From: Bacteroidales bacterium
GTDB taxonomy: Bacteria > Bacteroidota > Bacteroidia > Bacteroidales > WCHB1-69
Length of the DNA stretch: 64,000 bases
Direction of reading: 5' to 3'
Assembly: GCA_017454945.1 (NCBI GenBank)
Contig: JAFTCA010000094.1
Location: 1,817-65,816 of the forward strand
Below, piece after piece: positions 49,533-62,107 of the stretch. The position numbers and the translations under genes are program-made. The notes under the pieces are model-generated. The model was not told the DNA's origin. It worked only from the letters and a program-made list of their open reading frames with translations, and ran no database searches. The first letter of the stretch is position 1; every line of letters starts with the position of its first letter.

Positions 49533-51593
49533 TTATTGACTGTCTGACGATTGCGATGCCTCAGGGCTTTCCTCAGCGGCAGGCGTTTCCTTTTCTTCGA
49601 CAGCGGGCTGCTCTTCAGCGTGTCCGAAGTCGCGTTTGCCGAAGATTTCTTCCAGATTTTCAGCAAAGATGAGTTCTTTTTCAAGCAGTATATTAGCTAA
49701 TTGCGTCAGTTTGTCCTTATTCTCCGACAAGATGTTTTTGGCACGCTCATACGCACCTTCTATCAGGTCGTGGATCTCCTTGTCGATATTCTCGGCCGTT
49801 TTCTCGCTGAAGGGCTTGCTAAACTGGTATTCCTGCTGCCCTGTAGAATCGTAATAGCTAATATTACCAATATTCTTGTTCAGGCCATAATATACGACCA
49901 TCGAGTAGGCCTGCTTGGTTACTTTTTCCAAGTCGCTCAGTGCTCCGGTGGAAATCTTGCCGAAGATAACCTCCTCGGCGGCACGACCAGCCAAAGTGGC
50001 TGTCATCTCATCGTACAACTGCTCAAAAGTGGTAATAGAGCGTTCCTCGGGCAAGTACCAGGCGGCACCCAACGACTTGCCACGCGGCACGATAGTCACC
50101 TTCACCAGCGGAGAGGCATGCTCCAGTAGCCAGCTGGCAGAAGCGTGACCAGCTTCGTGGAAAGCGATCACTTTTTTCTCTTCGGGAGAGATGATATGGC
50201 TCCGTTTCTCCAAGCCACCCACAATACGGTCCACAGCGGCCAGGAAATCCTCTTTGTCAATGCTCTTCTTGGCATTTCTGGCTGCAATCAGGGCTGCCTC
50301 GTTGCACACGTTGGCAATGTCGGCACCCGAGAAGCCGGGAGTCTGCTTGGCAAAGAAGTCCAAATCGACATCCTTGCCCAGTTTCAAGTTGCGCACATGC
50401 ACCTCGAAGATGCCCTTACGCTCGTTCAGGTTGGGCAGGTCGATATAGATTTGCCTATCGAAACGGCCTGCGCGCAACAGGGCGCGGTCGAGCACATCAG
50501 CGCGGTTGGTGGCAGCCAGAATGATGACACCCGTATTGGTCGAGAAGCCGTCCATTTCGGTCAGCAGTTGATTCAAAGTACTCTCGCGCTCGTCATTGGC
50601 TCCCGAAATGGAGTTACGTCCACGCGCACGACCAATGGCATCAATCTCGTCTATGAAGATAATGCACGGCGCCTTGCTCTTGGCGGTCTTGAACAGGTCG
50701 CGCACACGCGAAGCACCCACGCCGACAAACATCTCCACAAAGTCGGAACCCGACAGGGAGAAGAACGGCACTTGCGCTTCACCGGCCACAGCCTTGGCCA
50801 ACAAAGTTTTACCCGTACCCGGAGGGCCAACCAGCAGCGCACCTTTGGGAATCTTACCGCCCAATTCGGTATATTTTTTCGGATTTTTCAAGAAATCCAC
50901 AATCTCCTCCACCTCGTACTTGGCACTTTCCATGCCTGCCACATCCTTAAAGGAGATGCCCTGCGGATTCTTGCTGTCGAACAGCTGCGCCTTCGACTTG
51001 CCGATATTGAACACGCCGCCGCCACCAGCACCTGGCATGGCACGCATCGACATGATGAACATCACGATGAGCAGGAGGGGAAATACGAGCCACAACAACT
51101 CCCCTCCCCAACTGCGACTGTTATCCACTTTCGTGGTGAAGGAGTACTCTTCCTCCACCTCTGTAGGCACCAGCGTAGTGTCTTTGGCCAACTCGGCTTC
51201 CACCAATCGCGAACGCAACTGGTTCAAATTTTCATTCACTACCGAGAAGTCGGCTATCTTCCAATAAAAATGGGGACCTTTGGAGTTAGTCTCTCTAAAT
51301 TTCTCATATTCAGGCTTGTCAGCCAACACATCTTGCTTGATATAGACATCAATTTTCTTGTCGCGCTCAACATATTCGATGTAATCGATCTCTTTATTGG
51401 CAACCAAATCGTTGAAGTCGCGGTCATAGATCTGCTCGTACGGTTGCGGCCCTGTATTAAAAAGCCACACACCAATCAAGATGGCGGCGACGATAAAATA
51501 TATCCACGACAGCGACAGACGGCGCCTCCGCCTATTGTTATCCATATCTGGAGAGTTATTCTCCATATTATCATTAAAACCTTTATTCGCCAT
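49533..51593 (-). CDS. ftsH: ATP-dependent zinc metalloprotease FtsH
   Basis: [29 protein letters not shown]. Confidence 0.98.
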   Translation of the reverse strand: MANKGFNDNMENNSPDMDNNRRRRRLSLSWIYFIVAAILIGVWLFNTGPQPYEQIYDRDFNDLVANKEIDYIEYVERDKKIDVYIKQDVLADKPEYEKFRETNSKGPHFYWKIADFSVVNENLNQLRSRLVEAELAKDTTLVPTEVEEEYSFTTKVDNSRSWGGELLWLVFPLLLIVMFIMSMRAMPGAGGGGVFNIGKSKAQLFDSKNPQGISFKDVAGMESAKYEVEEIVDFLKNPKKYTELGGKIPKGALLVGPPGTGKTLLAKAVAGEAQVPFFSLSGSDFVEMFVGVGASRVRDLFKTAKSKAPCIIFIDEIDAIGRARGRNSISGANDERESTLNQLLTEMDGFSTNTGVIILAATNRADVLDRALLRAGRFDRQIYIDLPNLNERKGIFEVHVRNLKLGKDVDLDFFAKQTPGFSGADIANVCNEAALIAARNAKKSIDKEDFLAAVDRIVGGLEKRSHIISPEEKKVIAFHEAGHASASWLLEHASPLVKVTIVPRGKSLGAAWYLPEERSITTFEQLYDEMTATLAGRAAEEVIFGKISTGALSDLEKVTKQAYSMVVYYGLNKNIGNISYYDSTGQQEYQFSKPFSEKTAENIDKEIHDLIEGAYERAKNILSENKDKLTQLANILLEKELIFAENLEEIFGKRDFGHAEEQPAVEEKETPAAEESPEASQSSDSQ

Positions 51594-51625
51594 AATAAAA
51601 TTCTAAAACACAGTTTGTTAGAAAA

Positions 51626-52006
51626 CTAAAACCTTTGAATATCGGCATCTCCCCACAAGTTCTCCAAGTTGTAGAACTGGCGTGCCTCCGGTTGGAAAAT
51701 ATGGACAATAATGTTGAAGTAGTCCAACAAAATCCACTCGCAATTCTCAGTGCCTTCCACAAACGACGGCTTGATTCCTGCCTGACGTTGGGTCACTTCC
51801 TGCACATAGTCGCACAGGGTTTCCACATGAGGTTTTGAATTTCCTGAACAAACAATGAAGTAATCGAAAAAGACATGGTTGATTTTTTTCATGTCTATGC
51901 AAACAATATCCTCTCCTTTCTTTTCCATAAGAGCTTGAATAATAAGCTCTTCGAGTTTTCCCTCAAAAGGTGCGGGGGCTTTTTTCACCTTAATCTTCTT
52001 GGCCAT
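51626..52006 (-). CDS. rsfS: Ribosome silencing factor
   Basis: EKKGEDI, DYFIVCSG, EG....WILLDY..IIVHIF....R.FYNLE.LW. Confidence 0.95.
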   Translation of the reverse strand: MAKKIKVKKAPAPFEGKLEELIIQALMEKKGEDIVCIDMKKINHVFFDYFIVCSGNSKPHVETLCDYVQEVTQRQAGIKPSFVEGTENCEWILLDYFNIIVHIFQPEARQFYNLENLWGDADIQRF

Positions 52007-52028
52007 GTATTCTATTTATATTGAACTG

Positions 52029-52112
52029 CAAATGTACAAAAAATTCTTCTCTGCTCAAATTCCCTGAAAGGATTTTTTTCGATGTAGCTGTTCGATTTTT
52101 TTTTTACTTTTG
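52029..52112. promoter_or_regulatory. Divergent -7 promoter boxes (rsfS operon / protease operon)
   Basis: TACATTTG on minus (52029-52036) and TACTTTTG on plus (52105-52112). Confidence 0.6.
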
Positions 52113-52138
52113 TAAGTTTAAAAAAAAAATCACCAACT

Positions 52139-53791
52139 ATGAAAAAAGTTTTTCTCATCCTCCTTTTAACTATCGTCACAACCATCTATAATTCTGCCAT
52201 TTGCCAAGAAAGCTTTGGCGGTCGTCCGCAGTCTGAGACCCGAATATCGCTGGTACAAGATGTCCCCGTATGGGAATTGCCTGCCACCACATCGGCTGAC
52301 GAGGTGAAGGGAGCCACGCACGACAAGGGGCAAGCCCTCCGTATTGGCCGGGTGGAGCCCGTCAAATTGTCGATGAGCAATGCCGGCCGCACCGACCGCA
52401 TGGCCAACGGCGACATTGTTTGGAGATTAGGCTTCCACTCGGAAGGTGCTTTTGCGATGGACCTTTCGTTCACCAACTTCAACATTCCGGAAGGCGCCGA
52501 GTTGTACGTCTATAATGCCGACCGCTCGTTCACCATTGGCAAGTTCACCTCAGCCAACATCATGGAAGGCAACACTTTCTTCACACAGGATGTGTCTGGA
52601 GACGAGATCTACGTCGAATATTTCGAACCGCATAATGTCGATTTCCAAGGCACATTTGAGATTGAGGATGTTGGCATTTGCGACAGAAACATATTTGGCC
52701 ACATGAAAGGAGCCATCGGGGATGCCGAAGGTGACTGCCACATTGACGTGGTTTGCCCCGAAGCCGCCGGCTGGACCGACCAGATCAACTCGGTGGTATG
52801 CTACACCTACAGGGAAGGCTCTTACGTGTACATGTGCTCGGGCGCCATGATCAACAACACCAAGCAGGACCACCGCCCGTATGTCTTTTCAGCCGCCCAC
52901 TGCTACAGTAGCAACGCCACCAATTACACTTTTTACTTCAACTACCAGACCACTGCCTGCGGCGGCAACTACGGCAACTACAGCCACACAGCTACGGGCG
53001 CCGTTAAACGCGCCATGGGCGATATTGACAGAAGTTCAGACTTCCTGCTGCTCGAGATTACTGGCCAACTGAGTCCCGCCTGGCGCGACAGAGTCTATTT
53101 TGCCGGTTGGGATCGCTCGACCAATGTGCCCACCACAGGCATCGCCATCCACCACCCTGGCGGCGACTGGAAGAAAGTCAGCATTCCCAAAGGTGTTGGC
53201 AGAAACAGCCTAAGACCTCGTTTCTGGGAAGTAAGTTGGAAGACGGGCAGCAACAACCAAGGCACCACCGAACAGGGTTCGTCGGGCTCGCCCCTCTTCA
53301 ATGCCTCGAAGCGCATTGTCGGCTCACTCAGTCACGGCACCAGCAGCTGCTTCTACGTTGATGAGTACAGCATAGGGCCCAGCGGCAAGGACTACTACGG
53401 CCAGCTGTCGTGGTCGTGGACCAACAGCAACACCTCGAACGCCGCTGCTAAACTGCAACCGTGGTTAGCACCAGGCAACGCCAGCATCATGTCGCTCAAC
53501 GGCATCTACTACTCCGAAGCCACACACATTGACAGCCCAGAAATCCAAATACCCACCATCAAGATATTCCCCAATCCCACCGACGGCCATGTGACCATAC
53601 AAGGTGATTTTGCCGCATCTACCGGCATCGTGCGTCTGTTCAACCTGCTGGGCGAAATGATTTACAACCAAGAGGTTAACATCCAACACGACGTCATCCT
53701 TAACCTTGAAGGAGTGGATAACGGCATCTACATTATCGAACTGACTGAAGGCGATAACATCCACCGCAACAAACTGTTAATTACACGATAG
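52139..53791 (+). CDS. Trypsin-like (lysyl-endopeptidase-type) serine protease with T9SS C-terminal domain
   Basis: CSGAMINN, SAAHC, DFLLL, HHPGGD, GSSGSP; IFPNPT...NLLG...GIYII tail. Confidence 0.9.
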   Translation: MKKVFLILLLTIVTTIYNSAICQESFGGRPQSETRISLVQDVPVWELPATTSADEVKGATHDKGQALRIGRVEPVKLSMSNAGRTDRMANGDIVWRLGFHSEGAFAMDLSFTNFNIPEGAELYVYNADRSFTIGKFTSANIMEGNTFFTQDVSGDEIYVEYFEPHNVDFQGTFEIEDVGICDRNIFGHMKGAIGDAEGDCHIDVVCPEAAGWTDQINSVVCYTYREGSYVYMCSGAMINNTKQDHRPYVFSAAHCYSSNATNYTFYFNYQTTACGGNYGNYSHTATGAVKRAMGDIDRSSDFLLLEITGQLSPAWRDRVYFAGWDRSTNVPTTGIAIHHPGGDWKKVSIPKGVGRNSLRPRFWEVSWKTGSNNQGTTEQGSSGSPLFNASKRIVGSLSHGTSSCFYVDEYSIGPSGKDYYGQLSWSWTNSNTSNAAAKLQPWLAPGNASIMSLNGIYYSEATHIDSPEIQIPTIKIFPNPTDGHVTIQGDFAASTGIVRLFNLLGEMIYNQEVNIQHDVILNLEGVDNGIYIIELTEGDNIHRNKLLITR

Positions 53792-54426
53792 TGAAAGCCC
53801 TACTCTCCACAGCCTACCTGCCTCCTGTTGAATACTTTTTGCTAATTGAAAAAAGTGATGGTTGCCTTGTGGAGCATTACGAACATTACAGCAAACAATC
53901 CTACCGCAACAGAACCTGCATCCTGACTGGCAATGGGAAGCAGGCGCTGTCCATACCTGTAGAACAAACACATCAGAAAATCCTTACCAAGGATGTCAGA
54001 ATAGACTACACCACACGGTGGCAAACCAACCACTGGCGCGCCCTCACAGCGGCCTACAATAGCAGTCCCTATTTCCTTTACTATCAAGACTTTCTACAAC
54101 CATTCTACGAAAAGAAATATACTTTCCTCATCGACTACAACACCGAATTGCTGCATCTGTTACTCAAATTCTTGAAAGTGGACCGCCATATTGAGCCTAC
54201 TACCGACTACATAGCTGTTCCAGGCGACTATTACGATGCCCGCGAGGCCATTCACCCCAAAAAGTGCGACAGGGACGACTACCCGCTGAAACTCACAAAA
54301 ACCTACCGTCAGGTTTTTGAAGACCGATTTGGTTTCACACGCAACCTTTCGATCTTAGATTTACTCTTTAACGAAGGCAACGACAGTCCCTCTTTCCTCA
54401 ACCATTGTACACTTCATCTTTCTTAA
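53791..54426 (+). CDS. WbqC-like family protein
   Basis: TAYLPP, KQSYRNR, HWRAL..AY.SSPYF, YRQVF, NLSILDLLFNEG. Confidence 0.88.
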   Translation: MKALLSTAYLPPVEYFLLIEKSDGCLVEHYEHYSKQSYRNRTCILTGNGKQALSIPVEQTHQKILTKDVRIDYTTRWQTNHWRALTAAYNSSPYFLYYQDFLQPFYEKKYTFLIDYNTELLHLLLKFLKVDRHIEPTTDYIAVPGDYYDAREAIHPKKCDRDDYPLKLTKTYRQVFEDRFGFTRNLSILDLLFNEGNDSPSFLNHCTLHLS

Positions 54427-54435
54427 CGCAAAGTT

Positions 54436-56274
54436 ATGTCAAACAATATCATCCGTTTTTTAAAAAAGGTTCTTTACTCCATTTTGGATTTCTTCAAATA
54501 CTTCTCGAGAAGACATCTTGGAGATGACGTCATGCATATCCGTTTCGCACAACTTCATCAACCCAAACTCAAATACGACATTCGCAAGAAATTTTTCACC
54601 TTCTCCATCAAGACCAAAGATGACCTTTTCAAGTACTTGTTTGTGGCGCTGATGCTTGTGTTGGCGGTATATATGCCTTGGAAATCCACCGATCTGGGCA
54701 TCTCTGACATGGAAATCCAACACATGCAATATGCTGAAGCCTACTACAACTACCACACTCATGGCGACAATGCTCTGCTCTCGATGTCGTACTTCTCGCA
54801 CCATGGCCAGTTTACCGACAACCTATGCTATGCCTTAAGCCAATGGTTTCATGTTGCAGATCCCTTTTCTCTGCGCCACATCATGTCGGCTGTTTTTGGC
54901 TGGCTGACCATCCTCACCTTAGGATTTTTCTTGGTTCGCCTTTTCGCTTGGCGCGCCGCCTTCATTGGAGCCCTGTTCCTATTCATTTCCCCGCGTTTTC
55001 TCGGCAATGCCTTTACCGACCTTACCGACACCTCCTTTGCTTTTGCCTTCCTCTTTTCCATCTATCAGATATACCTGTTTTGCAGCGAATTGCCCATCAT
55101 CAAGTGGTATCGGATTCTGCTGATAACCTTGGGCATCATTTTTGCCAACAGCATCCATATCGGCGGCTTCTTCCTGATTGCCTGCCTTTTCCTATACCCG
55201 TGGGGCTACTATCTTACCCACAACCCCATCAAGAAATTCACCACCCAGGCCTACTGGGCCAACCTACTATTCCTCACCCTCGTTCTGGCTGGCATCACGC
55301 TCATCGTCCATATTGTCGATTTGTTATACCTGCCCTTCGCGCTGCAGGATACCGTCCTCAACCCGTTCAGAGCCATCCCATCGATGCTCACCGAACCACA
55401 TCCCGTGCGACAACTCTTTGACAACGAGATGATTTGGGCCAACAACACACCGCCCAACTACTTCTTCAAATATCTGTTCATCACCATTCCGTTTGTCATC
55501 CTGATTGGCTTCATCCTCTTTTGGGGCTTCATACGCACGCTCATCCGACAAATGAGACCGGCCTATTTTGCCATGATTCTCTTCACTTTCTTTGTTCCCC
55601 TCTTTTATGTGGCAGGCAAAGGAGTAAACATCTACGAGGATTTTGCCCTGTACCTATTCATCTACCCCTTCTTCGTTCTGATAGCCACCAGCGGCTACGA
55701 AGGCATCCTGCGCCGCGTTGACGACCGCTACACCAACTTTGTCATTGTGGCCATCATCTTCCTGCTCACCCTCATGCCGCTGCGCCATGTGGTACTGAAC
55801 CATCCTTACGAGAATGTCTATTTCAACGAAATCTCTGACGGCATCCACAATGCCTACGGCAAATATGAACTCGACTACAACTTCCATGGCAACAAAGAGG
55901 CCTGCGAATGGCTCAAGAGCCACATCCATGATGAACAAGTGAGAGAATTTAAGGATGTGGACAAAGTGATTGTGGGCACCGACGGCAACAAAGCATGCCA
56001 AATCTTCTTTGAACAAGACACAGCCTTTATCCAACTGCTGTTCTTCCCTTACCACGAGCGGAACGAGCATCATTGGGACTATTACATCAGCTTTGCCAAC
56101 GCCATCTCTTCGCATGACTTGCAACAGCAGCGATGGCCGCCCAAGGATGCCATCAAAACCTATGTTCTTGAAGGGAAGACGATGATTGCCATCATGCAGA
56201 ACAAAGTCCACACAATCCCACAAGACACAGTACCCGCCCCCGAATCCGCGCCATTACACACCGCCTTCAAATAG
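54436..56274 (+). CDS. Multi-TM membrane protein, GT-C/PMT-like glycosyltransferase
   Basis: About 11 TM segments; SPRFLG, HPYE.VYFNE, YELDY motifs. Confidence 0.6.
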   Translation: MSNNIIRFLKKVLYSILDFFKYFSRRHLGDDVMHIRFAQLHQPKLKYDIRKKFFTFSIKTKDDLFKYLFVALMLVLAVYMPWKSTDLGISDMEIQHMQYAEAYYNYHTHGDNALLSMSYFSHHGQFTDNLCYALSQWFHVADPFSLRHIMSAVFGWLTILTLGFFLVRLFAWRAAFIGALFLFISPRFLGNAFTDLTDTSFAFAFLFSIYQIYLFCSELPIIKWYRILLITLGIIFANSIHIGGFFLIACLFLYPWGYYLTHNPIKKFTTQAYWANLLFLTLVLAGITLIVHIVDLLYLPFALQDTVLNPFRAIPSMLTEPHPVRQLFDNEMIWANNTPPNYFFKYLFITIPFVILIGFILFWGFIRTLIRQMRPAYFAMILFTFFVPLFYVAGKGVNIYEDFALYLFIYPFFVLIATSGYEGILRRVDDRYTNFVIVAIIFLLTLMPLRHVVLNHPYENVYFNEISDGIHNAYGKYELDYNFHGNKEACEWLKSHIHDEQVREFKDVDKVIVGTDGNKACQIFFEQDTAFIQLLFFPYHERNEHHWDYYISFANAISSHDLQQQRWPPKDAIKTYVLEGKTMIAIMQNKVHTIPQDTVPAPESAPLHTAFK

Positions 56275-58314
<2,040 letters not shown>

Positions 58315-58320
58315 CTTATT

Positions 58321-59157
58321 TTACACACCCGTCCTGAACAAACGCTTGTGCTTCCAGAAGAAGTAGAACAAGGCATTTACATGTCGCCGACTCATCCGCG
58401 AAAAGAGTTTTTTATTGGTAATCTTTTGGTAATGATGAATGATGGAAACCGTAGGGATATAGGTTACCCGAGAACCCGCATGCCAAACACGGAGGCAGAA
58501 ATCAGCATCCTCAGGGCCGTAAAAGATCTTCTCGTCCAAATAGCCGACCTTATCGAGCAGCTTGGCTCTGATGCATTGACAAGCACCAATAAGATACTCG
58601 CAATCAAACGGTTCTGAACCATCCATCTGTTCCAAATAGAAATATTTCTTGTTTGAATCCCATAAGCGCTCACCCCAACGGCGCAGGAAATCGGCCGACC
58701 AGGCCTTTTGCGCTTTGATTAACAACACCAACAAGACATTCTTAATCTTCAATGTCAGCGTGGGCATTTTCAAACAACTCAACTGAGGCTCGTCGGCGGC
58801 TGAAGTCAGCTTGCAACTGCACACGCCCACCTCCGGCTGCTGTTTCATCAACTCGAGCATGGCCTGAATGGATTCCGCATTGGCCACAGTATCAATATCC
58901 AAGAGCAGAATATAGTCGCCTTGGGCCATCTTCATGCCCACATTGCGAGCCGCAGCCACACCTCTGTTGGCATGCAGATTGCGATAAACAACAGACGGGA
59001 ACTCGGTGGTGACAATCTGCTCCGTCTCATCTTGCGAACCATTATCAATAAAAATCACTTCGGCTGACAACGAGGAGACCGCCTTCACCACCGACTGGAG
59101 ACAAGGACGGACATAACGCTGTGCATTCCACGAAATGATAACCACCGACAATTCCAT
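58321..59157 (-). CDS. Glycosyltransferase family 2
   Basis: SVVIISWN, IDNGS.D, N.GVAAARN.G, LLDID, YGPEDADFCLR. Confidence 0.92.
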   Translation of the reverse strand: MELSVVIISWNAQRYVRPCLQSVVKAVSSLSAEVIFIDNGSQDETEQIVTTEFPSVVYRNLHANRGVAAARNVGMKMAQGDYILLLDIDTVANAESIQAMLELMKQQPEVGVCSCKLTSAADEPQLSCLKMPTLTLKIKNVLLVLLIKAQKAWSADFLRRWGERLWDSNKKYFYLEQMDGSEPFDCEYLIGACQCIRAKLLDKVGYLDEKIFYGPEDADFCLRVWHAGSRVTYIPTVSIIHHYQKITNKKLFSRMSRRHVNALFYFFWKHKRLFRTGV

Positions 59158-59159
59158 AC

Positions 59160-60587
59160 TTAGCCGAACAATTTTATTTTCAACGCTTTCAAAGCCATTC
59201 TAAAATCCTTGAACGAATGAAACTTCCCCAACTGACGGAAGACGAACACGGGATTCAGGAAGAAGCGCAAATTGCTTCTAAACAGAATTTTCTCCATATC
59301 GCGACTGCTCAAGTGAGGATACTGGAGGATCGAGTTTCGCTGCACATCCGTCGGCACATACTCGCCACCGGCAATCCAACCATTCTCTTTCGCCATGGTG
59401 TAAAACTCCGTGGCCGGAAAAGGCGACACAATATTAAACATTATTTGGCTCACATTGAGTTTACGAGCCTCTCTAAACGTCTGTTTTATAGTATCTTTTG
59501 TTTCCAGCGGACTTGTTCCAATCAAGATATTGAGTTTGACGGGAACGTTATATTTGTTCAAAATCTTGATAGAGTCGATAATTTGCTGGCGGGTAATTTT
59601 CTTCTTCACGAACGCCAGAATCGCGTCATCGAACGATTCGACACCCAGATCCACATACTGGCAGTTGGATTCTGACAGGATGCGGGCGATATTGTCGGTG
59701 ATGGCATCCACGCGGGCCTGACACCCCCACACAATGCCGTGTTTTTTCAGCGGTTCGCAAATGGCGGCCAGCCGTTGCTCGTTCCAGATGAAATTGTCGT
59801 CCACGAAAGCTATGGCTTTGTAGCCTTGTGCCGCCAGCATCTCAATCTCGGCCGCCACATTCTCGGGCGTGCGGAACGAAATGGGCGGCTTAATGCCATG
59901 GTCGGCGCGATACTCAATCTCGCGGGCAAAAGTCAGCGAACTGGGCACACAATAGATGCACTGATACGGGCAGTTTCGCGAAGTGACCATTGTCGTGTAC
60001 GGTCTGGTTTTGAGCTTCGGGTTGCTAAAGCTTACCCTCTCAATCAAGTGGCGTGCGGGGAAAGGCAAGATGTCCAAATCCTTGATGAGCGGGCGGCTCG
60101 GATTCTTCTTTATTTCATCTCCCTGACGATAACTAATGCCAACTACGGTTGACAAATCACCGTCACTTTCCAGTGTCTTCACCAACTCGGCCACCGTCAA
60201 GTCGGGTTCTCCTCGAACCACATAGCAATGATTGTCGGGCAGCATCTTTTCGGTGAAATAAGTCGGTCCAGGGCCCATAAAGACCACCGGCACACTGCCT
60301 TTCAGCCTTCTGATGATGGCCAATGCTGCCAAGTCTGCCTCCAACGAGAGATTAACGCTCCAAAACAGGAAACAGCATGCCGTACTCTTTTCAATATACT
60401 CTTCAAATGGCTGTTGGCTAATGTCAGCCATGAAATAGTCCACCTTATGACCTTCCCGTTCCAACAATGCCGCTACAGTCAGTTCGTAGATATTCGGCAT
60501 AGGGTAAACCACAGAGGTACAGCCGGCGGTCCGTTCTGCCGGTTTCTGCCCTTGCGCAGCCGGTGGGATGATAAAGGCGACATTCAT
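59160..60587 (-). CDS. B12-binding-domain radical SAM protein
   Basis: N-terminal Rossmann-like region (GPGPT, VVRGEPD); CPYQCIYC, FVDDNF, LGVES. Confidence 0.88.
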   Translation of the reverse strand: MNVAFIIPPAAQGQKPAERTAGCTSVVYPMPNIYELTVAALLEREGHKVDYFMADISQQPFEEYIEKSTACCFLFWSVNLSLEADLAALAIIRRLKGSVPVVFMGPGPTYFTEKMLPDNHCYVVRGEPDLTVAELVKTLESDGDLSTVVGISYRQGDEIKKNPSRPLIKDLDILPFPARHLIERVSFSNPKLKTRPYTTMVTSRNCPYQCIYCVPSSLTFAREIEYRADHGIKPPISFRTPENVAAEIEMLAAQGYKAIAFVDDNFIWNEQRLAAICEPLKKHGIVWGCQARVDAITDNIARILSESNCQYVDLGVESFDDAILAFVKKKITRQQIIDSIKILNKYNVPVKLNILIGTSPLETKDTIKQTFREARKLNVSQIMFNIVSPFPATEFYTMAKENGWIAGGEYVPTDVQRNSILQYPHLSSRDMEKILFRSNLRFFLNPVFVFRQLGKFHSFKDFRMALKALKIKLFG

Positions 60588-60598
60588 TTCCTGCGCGA

Positions 60599-61264
60599 TT
60601 AAAAGGTAGCTAACACTGTCTTTTGCGAAGAGACTCTATCGCCCATCTTGACATAGATTTGGGCATCGAGCGGCAGGAAAACATCCACACGCGAGCCGAA
60701 ACGGATAATGCCCATTTCCTCGCCCTGTTTCACCTGCTCACCCACTTTGGCGTAGCTCACAATACGACGGGCCACAATTCCCGCAATCTGGCGGAAAAGC
60801 ACGATACGCTCGTCATTTTGCTTGACAACCACGCTATTATGTTCGTTATCGACAGAAGATTTGGGCAACTTGGCAACCAAATATTTGCCGGGATGATATC
60901 CTACATATTCCACTACCCCATCTATCGGATAGCTGTTGACATGCACATTGTAAATCGACATGAAAACGGAAATCTTGATACGCTTGTCGTGAAAGTACTC
61001 GTTCTCCGTCACCTCATCAATAGCCACGATGCGGCCATCAGCAGGCGAAAGGACACCGTCGGGCACCACATTGATTCTGCGCTTGGGCACCCTGAAAAAG
61101 CGCACCACCTGGAAGATGAGGAGAAAAGCCACCGCACACACTAAAACAGTAAGCCAGACATGGGTTCCATGGTGAAGAGCATGCCATGTGTAGAACCCCA
61201 CCAAGAGACCCACAATAAACAAAGTAACTACAATGGGCAAATAACCTTCTTTGTGTATTCTCAT
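60599..61264 (-). CDS. psd: Phosphatidylserine decarboxylase proenzyme
   Basis: FFRVP.R, SPADG, FMSIYNVH, QIAG..ARRI, FGSRVD cleavage motif. Confidence 0.95.
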   Translation of the reverse strand: MRIHKEGYLPIVVTLFIVGLLVGFYTWHALHHGTHVWLTVLVCAVAFLLIFQVVRFFRVPKRRINVVPDGVLSPADGRIVAIDEVTENEYFHDKRIKISVFMSIYNVHVNSYPIDGVVEYVGYHPGKYLVAKLPKSSVDNEHNSVVVKQNDERIVLFRQIAGIVARRIVSYAKVGEQVKQGEEMGIIRFGSRVDVFLPLDAQIYVKMGDRVSSQKTVLATF

Positions 61265-61279
61265 TATATTTCGATATTT

Positions 61280-62095
61280 TTATTCCAATTCCTTTTTCAA
61301 CTCCGCAATGCGAGCCTTGATATATTCATCCTTCTTCTGCTGAATTAACATGGCACGGGCCATTGCCAACTCATCCTCTATATCCCCTTTTACGTGCTTG
61401 GTCCTATAATCCAACAACACAATAAGATAGCAATAATCCTTATCGCTTACCTCAAAATGCTGAATGGCCGAGTTGCGTTCCATCTTGTTACTGAACTCAG
61501 CAGGCAATTCATTGCATATCTCGTCCAAATAGAGCCACGTATCATCATCCATGAAATACTCTACCGAGTCGGCGCACAACTGGATCAGTCGTTCTTTTTG
61601 CGACACACGCTGATTGTCGTCAAAAAAGAGGTCGCGCACCTGCGGTATCAATTTCGATTGCAGCGAAAGACGGATATAGTTCATCTTAACAATCTCACGC
61701 TCAACGGCATAATGATAACTATAGCGCTTCATATACTGACGAACATCATTGTCTGACACTTGAAAAAGATTGGTGTCGGCCGTGATGCGGTCAAAATAGG
61801 CATTCATAATCAGATTCTCGCGATAATCCTTCATCTCTTTTTTGAAGGAGGTCTCTCTAAACGACAATTCCTGCTTGGCTGCATTGAGCACCACCTGCTT
61901 GGTCAACCAATTGTCAATCAGCTTCTCGCACATAGCCACGCTATCTTCAGCCGATAAATTGTCAGGCAACATTTGTCGCAACTCCGACAAATAGAGTTTC
62001 TGATGAAAAGCCTCTGCCACCACAGGGTCTTTCCTGCCACACGACAACAGCAGCAGCAAGGGCAACAGCAGAAACAGTGAACGCAAGGCTTTCAT
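61280..62095 (-). CDS. Lipoprotein of the PPIase/SurA-like cluster
   Basis: LLSC lipobox; LYLSEL...DS....I..W motif; directly follows the PPIase gene. Confidence 0.65.
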   Translation of the reverse strand: MKALRSLFLLLPLLLLLSCGRKDPVVAEAFHQKLYLSELRQMLPDNLSAEDSVAMCEKLIDNWLTKQVVLNAAKQELSFRETSFKKEMKDYRENLIMNAYFDRITADTNLFQVSDNDVRQYMKRYSYHYAVEREIVKMNYIRLSLQSKLIPQVRDLFFDDNQRVSQKERLIQLCADSVEYFMDDDTWLYLDEICNELPAEFSNKMERNSAIQHFEVSDKDYCYLIVLLDYRTKHVKGDIEDELAMARAMLIQQKKDEYIKARIAELKKELE

Positions 62096-62107
62096 TTTGG
62101 TAAGAGA

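Noticed and set aside
50145-51629. 494-aa + strand ORF and similar long antisense ORFs (e.g. 43465-44691, 62510-63448)
   Set aside because: Shadow frames of ftsH, lptD/ECF and the PPIase; no independent coding signal.
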